A DNA stretch of 64,000 nucleotides from Marsupella aquatica. Taxonomy: Eukaryota > Plantae > Marchantiophyta. This document shows, one piece after another, positions 13,343-28,070 of the stretch; the first letter of the stretch is position 1; each line of letters starts with the position of its first letter. The translations under genes and the position numbers were made by a program. Location: NCBI GenBank assembly GCA_973895155.1, contig OZ316897.1:15437375-15501374 (forward strand), written 5' to 3'. The notes below the pieces were generated by a model that had not been told where the DNA came from, did no database searches, and was given only the letters and a program-made list of their open reading frames with translations.

Positions 13343-16249
13343 ATGACAGATTATTGTGACAAAAGCCAAGCAAACACTCATCAAAGTAGGCATTATGAGT
13401 CTTGCCAGAACTCTACCTGCTCTCGCTCTCCCTCTCCAGTTCGTCGACAACTTTGGGAACCCAAGCATCCTCCTCCTCAAAAACAGAAGAGCAACAAAAA
13501 CTTATCTCTCAAACCCTTTGACACAACTTTGAAACAGAGTAGTAATAATACTAGAAGTAGAGACAAGTCTCCTTTCCTTCCTCCTCCTCATGATCTAAAT
13601 AGCGCAAGCACTCCAAACAGAAATCGAGATCCACTCTTCACATATACAATCAATGAGGGGCCCTGTGATACTGATAATTGCTCACAGCATTTTGAGGTTA
13701 GAATACACAATCATTCTGATTCTTCTCGTCCACCCTCTAGGAGCAAAACACCTGAATTGAGCTTGTCTCACCCTCCTGTGAAAGACCAAGTGGCCACTGA
13801 AAACTCAAAACTCCAGTTAGAATTGGATACATCCCGAGTCCCCCCAATAATTACTATAAAGAATAACACAATTTTGTCAAATGCTCCGCACTCATCATGC
13901 ACGTCTCCAACAACTTGCACTAGATCCTGCCACTGTTCATCTTCGTGTTGCACCCATCCTTACCCATGTTCTCCACAACAGACTTCTGGACCATGTGATT
14001 TACAATGTCAACCTTGCCCTTACTTGAGTTCTCCTAGAAGCAACTTGAAAGAGGATAAGGCAACTTCTCCAACTAAGCCTTTTTCTACCCCTCCTCAGCT
14101 TGAACCGTGTACTTCACTCTGCCCAATATGCCCAAAATCCTGTCCTTATTCAAGCTCTTCTCCTACCAAGGAAGATAAGGCACTATCCCCCATTAATCCT
14201 CGCTCTAGATCTCCAAGTCCTTGCCCTCAGCGGAATAGTAGTCCCAACAGTATTCACGATGGTCATAACAACCATGGTAGTGATGTCAGCTCCACAGGGA
14301 CCATTGAGATTAAATTTGATGCGGATTCTAGCGTACATGTAGATTGGGAAGACAATGTGGGGCCTGTAAAGCTAGACCTCCCTAATAGTATCATAAGTAT
14401 AAGGGATCAAAGGAGTAGATTTGATGATCAAGTTCACAGTTATGACCCTCAGCTTGAAGCATTCTACACTTCCTCTTGCAATCAAAGTGGGTCACCATCT
14501 CCATGTAAAAGTAGGAGTGTCTCTCCTTGTTCTCCACAATTTTCAGAAACTCAGTGCTCAAGATCAACAGTTCATTGCCCTCCGCAGAATGCTTGTGACC
14601 AATACAATCATGGCTGCTTCAGTGCGGCACAATTGGATTCCACTTGTCCATCAAGAAGTCCATGCTCACCATCCACAAGCTATTCAAGAAGCCTAGAATC
14701 AAAAAGTTTATCCAAGAAGGCATTGAGTAAAAACGGGAGTCAAAATAACAGTTTTGGTAGTCTGGAGATTTACAGTGAGGATGGAGAGATCATAACTAAC
14801 ATAGATTGGACTTCTCCAATATCAAATGGGAATACATCTAACCCATTTAGCAAACCTGAAAGATTTGACTACAGCATAAATGATAACCACTTGGATATAC
14901 CTCAGCAACCCTTGAGCCCTATCTTGACTGTCACCCCTCCTGCAGGCACAAATGGCCAAATGACAATTGAATGGAGTCCTAGATCAGCTGATGGGAGAAG
15001 GTATGAGGAGACGGGCCCACTAGTTCTGAAAAAACATACTAGATATGAAGGGGTTTTTGAAGACCCACGGTCTTCAAATCATCATGATGAAGTTGGAAAG
15101 GCGGAGAGAGAGACACAACCCCAAGTCATTTTGCAAGCTCACAAGCATCTGACCTCACCAAATATTGACTTGGAATACAAGACATGCATCCCATCTTGCA
15201 AGCCACCTTGTATATTGCCTTTGTGTGCTCCACCTTGTGATCCATGTCAAGGAAATCAAGCTGATTGTGATGGTTGTTGCTGTCATTATAACAGTGAATG
15301 TGTGGCACCAATAGAGGGTATCAACAGATGTACATCACTTCCCCCACACCTTCAAAGTGATTGGAGTGCTAACCTTCGTTCCCCACCACATGAAATGAGA
15401 ACCAAACCTATTTTATACCGAGATGCACAAGGCCATGAACACATCATGTTTACAGATGGAAGCATTGAACACCTGAGTCGTCATTGTGAACCCGTTACTT
15501 CAACTCCACCACAACCTTCAAACCCACTTCCTCCTCCCATTGCTACTACTACTTCTTTTGAAATGCCTTGTGTATCACCTCCGTTGCCACCGTCATGTTG
15601 TCAACACCCCTTCCATGGCGAAGAGAGAAAATTTGGCCAATATGGTGCTAACAATTTCTCTCCTCAAAGTGGGGACATAGTGATTCGTGCACACCCAAGA
15701 CTTTCTTGCATGTACCCCAGTAAGGACAATGGTCAAGTTGCCTTCTTCACTAGTGATTACCTTGACCTGCAAGAAGGAGACTCCATAGTCAGGCTAGGAA
15801 AGTTTGACAAGTCTGGCCAATGGCGTTTGTCCAGAGCGGTGGAGATGTACTTGCGGGGAAGCCACGGGCAGTGGTTGTTCTTGGGAACCACTGAAGGCTA
15901 CTCTGTTTTGTTCCCTCTTGAGGCTGATCAACATCAAGATGTGAGAACTCCTAACAAGCAACTAAAGTTGAGACAGGGGGATCTTGTGATTAGCACAACC
16001 CCCAGCCCCAATTCCTTTTATTGTTGGGACCCTAAGAGAAAAATGGAAGTTGATCACTCCCATTTGCTCTTAAGGGCTTACATTGGTCATCCACAAGTAG
16101 TGGACAAGAATCACAACCTTGCATGTTGTGTACCTGGGCATTTACCAGTCGGCTATGTTGAGTTGTATGTGAAAGTGAAGAGGATATGGCTTTTCTTGGG
16201 AAGGGATGAGCATATGTTCAGTGAACATGAGTTGATGCATTTCTCATAA
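13343..16249 (+). CDS. Intronless 968-aa protein of unknown function: long Ser/Pro/Cys-rich disordered region plus a duplicated ~75-aa C-terminal module
   Basis: A 2.9-kb stop-free frame in AT-rich DNA, with internal peptide repeats. No family recognised. Confidence 0.8.
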   Translation: MTDYCDKSQANTHQSRHYESCQNSTCSRSPSPVRRQLWEPKHPPPQKQKSNKNLSLKPFDTTLKQSSNNTRSRDKSPFLPPPHDLNSASTPNRNRDPLFTYTINEGPCDTDNCSQHFEVRIHNHSDSSRPPSRSKTPELSLSHPPVKDQVATENSKLQLELDTSRVPPIITIKNNTILSNAPHSSCTSPTTCTRSCHCSSSCCTHPYPCSPQQTSGPCDLQCQPCPYLSSPRSNLKEDKATSPTKPFSTPPQLEPCTSLCPICPKSCPYSSSSPTKEDKALSPINPRSRSPSPCPQRNSSPNSIHDGHNNHGSDVSSTGTIEIKFDADSSVHVDWEDNVGPVKLDLPNSIISIRDQRSRFDDQVHSYDPQLEAFYTSSCNQSGSPSPCKSRSVSPCSPQFSETQCSRSTVHCPPQNACDQYNHGCFSAAQLDSTCPSRSPCSPSTSYSRSLESKSLSKKALSKNGSQNNSFGSLEIYSEDGEIITNIDWTSPISNGNTSNPFSKPERFDYSINDNHLDIPQQPLSPILTVTPPAGTNGQMTIEWSPRSADGRRYEETGPLVLKKHTRYEGVFEDPRSSNHHDEVGKAERETQPQVILQAHKHLTSPNIDLEYKTCIPSCKPPCILPLCAPPCDPCQGNQADCDGCCCHYNSECVAPIEGINRCTSLPPHLQSDWSANLRSPPHEMRTKPILYRDAQGHEHIMFTDGSIEHLSRHCEPVTSTPPQPSNPLPPPIATTTSFEMPCVSPPLPPSCCQHPFHGEERKFGQYGANNFSPQSGDIVIRAHPRLSCMYPSKDNGQVAFFTSDYLDLQEGDSIVRLGKFDKSGQWRLSRAVEMYLRGSHGQWLFLGTTEGYSVLFPLEADQHQDVRTPNKQLKLRQGDLVISTTPSPNSFYCWDPKRKMEVDHSHLLLRAYIGHPQVVDKNHNLACCVPGHLPVGYVELYVKVKRIWLFLGRDEHMFSEHELMHFS

Positions 16250-16596
16250 TCTTGGTATAAATTGGATTCACATTAGACAATATATGTGTACAAATATACA
16301 TAACTAGTCCCAACATCTTTTTATTGCATTCCTCCAGACCCTGACATTTATAGGGGATTTTAATGCAAGTTAGCAATCTAAACCTACACACCTCACAAAT
16401 AAATATCATTTGGAGAATTTTAAATCACAAACCTCTATATGATGTGATAAAAAAGTTGCAAGAAAAGGACAATCCTCAATATTGGAAAGGCAAAGTCTCC
16501 TTTTACTTGAACTCTACTTTGCAAGAAAAGTTATGTGCATACACATCAATACAATTGGATGAAAGCAAACTCAAGGTCACATTTATTCACACCTGG

Positions 16597-17010
16597 CTTC
16601 ACACAAGTCTACTAGAAAGCTTCAAAGTAGGAAAGCCAAGGTTTCCTGGCTTATCACTTGGTAAAGAAAAGTGATGGGCATACATATTAATACAGAATGG
16701 ACAGTTTGATGGGACCAAAGGTCTCCTTTCTTCAGACACAAGTCTACTAGAAATCTCGTTGTAGGAAAGCCAAGGTCTCCTTCCTTCTCACTTAGCAAAG
16801 AAAAGTGATGTGCACACGCATTAATACTAACAATTGGCTGGGACTAAAGACCCCTTTCTTCACTAGAAAGCCTCAAATGTAGGGAAACCAAGGTCTCCTT
16901 ACTTCTCACTTAGCAAAGAAAATGATCTGTATACATTTATTCATATGGAGTGAGTGAACAATTGGAGGGAGCCAAAGGGCTCATTTCTTTACACAAGTCT
17001 ACTAGAAAGT
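16597..17010. repeat. ~130-bp diverged tandem repeat, ~3 copies
   Basis: acacaagtctactagaaa..gtagg(a/g)aa.ccaaggt.tcct..cactt.g.aaagaaaa with unit starts near 16601, 16736, 16862 and 16991. Confidence 0.85.
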
Positions 17011-17972
17011 TTCTTGAAAACTGCAACAAGAGAGTTGCTATAGTTGATGGACATCAAGAACTACAACAAGAGGTTGCGCCAAAATATGTCGTGGTCGTCA
17101 TTCAAATTTGGCAAGCGAAAAAAAGTTTAAAATGAAAGCAAGAAAGGGGAAAAAATGCAACCCCGATCTGACCATGCCACTATGCTCCACTCTGGCCGCG
17201 ACCATCCCGTGTCTTGACTTTGCCCTAGCCACCGCCTAGCCAAGCCTGACCCAAGTCACCGGCTTGACTTGTGACAGCCCTATGATGATGACTGCCCTAC
17301 CTGCAATGACTCCAACCCCACCCAGATGATGATGGCTGCCGTTGCAGCCAGCCAACGACCTCACCCTCCCTCTCGCCTTTCCCCTTGTCCCTTGCCGTGC
17401 CACCATGACTGTGGCCTGAGTTGCAGCGCGAACTGGCACCCAGCACCAGAATTGACCCAAAATGTGACCTCCCAAAAACAGTGGGCTGAAAATATGTGTG
17501 GGCACTTTTCCAGAAATTGGGAGGAAATTAAATTTCAACATGGCAGCCTGAAACAACATTATATGAGACAGAATGCACCCAAAATGGTGTTCTATGTTGA
17601 AACTGGCTTCTAGCACATGTTTTGGGTAGATATAAGCTAAACACTAGAAAAAATAGACCAATGAAAAAACTTTGGTTGGGCTAAATTTAAATGAGCAACA
17701 GCAAAAGTCTGGAACCAAGTAAAAACCTATTTTTGTAGAAGAGACTTGAGTTCAAGTTACCACTAGGGTAACCCAACCAGGAAAGTTCTCCTACCCTGGA
17801 CCAAACCTAGAAGCCTCAGCAACTCTTTTATTTACAATAGAATAGTAAATTAGTTTTCAATAAATCTTAATCGGAAGGAAAACAAATTAGTCAAAGTGAA
17901 ATGAGAACCCAACCTATGCCCAGGGAAACAATCCAATACAAGTGCAGAAAGGCAGCTTTTGCACTATTTGCA

Positions 17973-17993
17973 CCCTAAACCCTAAACCCTAAA
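17973..17993 (+). repeat. Interstitial plant telomeric repeat (CCCTAAA)3
   Basis: ccctaaaccctaaaccctaaa. Confidence 0.85.
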
Positions 17994-18858
17994 CTTAGGT
18001 AGAGGCCATCTTACAGTCTACCATGTCTAAGTGCAGGCTCCAGGGAAGAAGCTCCATACTTGCACTCATCCATGTTATGCACTATGTCATAAGTGTACAG
18101 GAGACCATTTAGTCATTCTCCATATGTGCATGCTGCACTTTCCAATAAGTGCATCGTGAAAATGCTTATGCACTCCCGCATATGTCTTGTCAGGTCATAC
18201 ACATTCAACTCCTCATACCCCAAACCCTCGTAGTGCACCAACTGGATAAGTGCATGCAACTACCATGTATAGTTGTTCACAGACTGCACTTATCAATGAA
18301 TGCTTCTATCATATGTGTAGCACTAATTCATAGATGTTGGGAAAATCATCACGAAACAACCATGAGCAAAACAAGCAAGTATGTACACACCGACACCAAA
18401 AGATACGTGATTCACCTTCGTCAAGGTTATGTCCACGGGAACACACATGAGTTTTACTAAGCTTTGGTCACCATGGCCACACAAAACTTCCTTGCACAAG
18501 CTCTCCTCCTAGCACCTAGTTAGTTCACTCAATAATGAGCATGAGTCCCCAAGAAGAGTTCCCTAGCCTCTCCGTATGCTAGATATAAGAGTCGCGGCTA
18601 ATCACCATTAACAACCTAATAATGGGTTAGCCTAAGTATCAACAAACTAACCCAAGTCTAGAGTTAACTCTAACAAAAAATGTATGTGCCTTTTATAACC
18701 AAAATTGCACTTATGTATTTGATGTTTGATGACTTCTACCTGCACTTACAGACTGCGCAACTTTTTGATGCATTTATAAAAAAAATGTCCTAGTATAAGG
18801 AGACTACATGATTGGATTGCACTTATCCACGGTGCACTCATGCGAGGTACACGATGTG

Positions 18859-18958
18859 TTTGGCGGGATCCCGTCCACGTAGAAGAATGGCGGGAACGCA
18901 GAAAAGCGCCGAAGAAACTTTCAGGCACAGAAAACAGAGAGTGAATTTGGCGGGAAAA
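18859..18958. promoter_or_regulatory. Cluster of E2F/DP-type sites upstream of MCM5
   Basis: TTTGGCGGGA at 18859, GGCGGGAA at 18889, and TTTGGCGGGAAAA at 18946-18958 (contains canonical TTTCCCGC on the minus strand). MCM genes are established E2F targets. Confidence 0.8.
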
Positions 18959-18994
18959 TCCCCTGCGACACAAATGCAATGTGATCCTGCGAAT

Positions 18995-19849
18995 TGCGAA
19001 GAAAGGGGAGCAGATGGAGATCGGCGAAGAACGAGTGAAAGAAGAAGTTCAGAACAGTGAAGAACATGATGGCTTCCTCTCCGTTAGCAATCAATCGTCC
19101 TCCTTGTCCTCCCCTCCCTGTCTACGAGAAATTTCTGTTCTAACTCTTTTGTGCTCCTGCTCGGGAATCAATTTGCGCCATCAGAATTGATTCCGGTTCG
19201 CTCCTTCACCACTTCCAAGTTCGGCCACGGGAATGAGGGGTAGTCGTGAACGTTTGAGCACTCCTGTCGATGGGGGATGATTGATGGTGCTGCTCCTGCT
19301 CGGAAATCAATTTGCGCCATCAGAATTGATTCCGGTTCGCTTCTGCACCACTTCCAAGTTCGGCCACGGGAATGAGGGGTAGGCGTGAACGTTTTGCAGT
19401 GCTCAAAGTGACAGCGATAGCAGGTGCCGGTTGCCGGCTAGCTAGGAGTGGGGATTTGGTTGTGGATTGGAGCGGTGGCGGGCGTAGCGTTCTTTGACTT
19501 TCGTTTGGTGCGGTTTAGCTTACACGGGTTTAGATTGGATTGTGGATGAATGTCAGATATTATTTCGCGTGAGTGCGTGATGAGGGAGGGAGGGCGAGGC
19601 TTCAGACAGTCCATACGGAGTACTTTTATGGTCTGAATCGAGAGGGACAGCATCTCTGCTGTGTGTGCGGATTCGTAATATCGGTCCGGGGTCACATCGC
19701 TCGCTCTCTTTTTACGTGATTTAGCACGTTTGTGCGTTGTCCGGTTCTTCTTCTTCAGCTCCGGTTTCGTCGGTCCCGCGCACGGTTCTCTGTTCCAACT
19801 CTTCTGCATTTTTTCCTCGGAGGGTTTTGAGGTTATTTAGCACGGGACA
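18995..19849 (+). pseudogene. Diverged partial duplicate of the UBP12 5' end (5' UTR, micro-exon 1 and intron 1) lying in the MCM5 leader
   Basis: Collinear anchors with 33588-34528, including a 19-nt exact match (19460/34012) and a 34/37 match (19650-19686 vs 34242-34278). Confidence 0.85.
19152..19394. repeat. ~104-bp direct duplication (period 139) carrying a hairpin
   Basis: tgctcctgctcgg.aatcaatttgcgccatcagaattgattccggttcgc..cgtgaacgttt at 19152 and 19291. Confidence 0.9.
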
Positions 19850-26224
<6,375 letters not shown>

Positions 26225-27719
26225 GCTCATGACAACTTCGCAAACCTCTCCCAAGCATCTTTCCCATAATTTGAATCCACCAACGTTGGGTGTAAATCAG
26301 TGGCTATCGATGATGGGATATCCAAGACACATCCTCTCAAGCGTTGACGAAGCTGCAGCTGCATCAATGTGAAGACAAATGACATCAGACGCGATCGTTT
26401 GATTGATTCTTGCAGAATTCAGTTCTACGGGGCGCATCCCTAGGAGGTAGCATAGGAGAGGATGGGAATAGTTGTAAGAATGCGCACCGTTGACCCGAAT
26501 CTTTTGCAGATAGCCTAAAGCTTTTATCCCTTGATCTATTCAATTGTCATTAAGCTTGAATCCATGCTCTGTGCATGTTTAGCAACTAGGACTCGGTTTA
26601 AGTAGGTTCTCCGGTGATTGTAGAGAATTGGAAACAAGTTTCGCATGTCATAGTCAAACGATTACTGTTCTTGTGGAGGGAAACTTTAGAAGCGTCGTCA
26701 AGCGGGAACTTCATGTCCTACAGTGGGACCTGACAAAATTACAGCTTGAAGAATTGGATTGTGTCATCACGGTCCACTTTTATGATCTCCAGAGGTAGCT
26801 TGGATCACAAGGTTGCGCCAGTATTCCAGGTTTCTCAGATCCCTGGATCTCATCATGTTATGCTCTGCTGTGTTCTGCTTGTACAAAAAAACGATTAGAG
26901 ATTGGCCCCTGTTCCGCAAGGGATGGGAGCATATATGACACAAGTCTCGAATGGTCCGACAATGGTCGGTTCACTTACCCCTTTGTCCTAGTTTCCTCCA
27001 GCTTCCCTGTTTACAAAGTGGCCTGAATGTGATGATATGAAAGGTATTCTCTCTCTATTCCAATTCTCGTCGAGAAAGTAAGGAATGAACTCCCGTACTC
27101 TTTGCCTCATGAGTACTTCTCTCAAACACTCGTGTGTATGCCCTCAAATTAGTTGCCTTTTGTGCCTTCTTTCATTTAGCAGGCTTACAACAGTGGAAAC
27201 GTGAATGTGGTAGATGGGAGCATTGCAGATATCGTATTGGAACGTTTCGTTAGCCCAGCTGAAATCGGCAGCTGTACTAACAAGTATGACTCAAAAGCAG
27301 GGTTAGTGTTACCTGTGGCTCAGTGACAATCACTGTAGTTGCTGCCAAAAGATTTCTCCGAGGAAACGGGAACACAAGGAACACAGATTTCCAGTCCAAC
27401 CAGAGCTAAGGTCCAAATATGCGTCAGGCCGGTATCTTTCAAGCGAAAATGGCGTTCGTTGTTCAGCCAGCTATGGTGATATAGTCAGACCTTTTCAACT
27501 AACAACAACAGCAACAACATGGACTTGACGATGAATGTGACTGCGACATTGGCGCGAGACGCCAACACGTCATGGACTGGCGTGAAAATCTTCTGTCGTG
27601 AGCTGTCTAAAAGGACGTTTCTCATCTCCATGACTCCAAATCATTTTGCAGTAAGTGCAGGGGCCCAACAAAGACGGCGATCGATTGTACAGATCTCCGC
27701 TGAAATGCACTCTTTGCAG

Positions 27720-28070
27720 TACAGTAGAGTGAAATGAAAATCCAGCCCTAAAATTGAGTTTGAACCCAGATATTATAAAAAGGGTTGGAAATCATAATTC
27801 ATTCCGCCATCGCCATCATCCCACTATTGGTGACATCGACGACGAAAATATTTTATCTGCTCGACCAGGTTTGAGCCCTGGCAAACAAACAATCAACAAC
27901 TACGAAAACTGACTCACTGCACACGATTGTACACCCTTGACATCCTTGTCCTTTACAGGAGAGTGAAATAAAACCCTAAATCTGAGTTTGAACCCGGCAT
28001 CGTCAGCACGGATGGAAATCATCATTCACTGTGCCAGAGCACCACAGTTTGCTCACATCGACGACGAAGG
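27720..28070. repeat. Diverged direct duplication, period ~235 bp
   Basis: agagtgaaat..ccctaaa..tgagtttgaaccc..tggaaatcat.attca..acatcgacgacgaa near 27726 and 27960. Confidence 0.7.
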
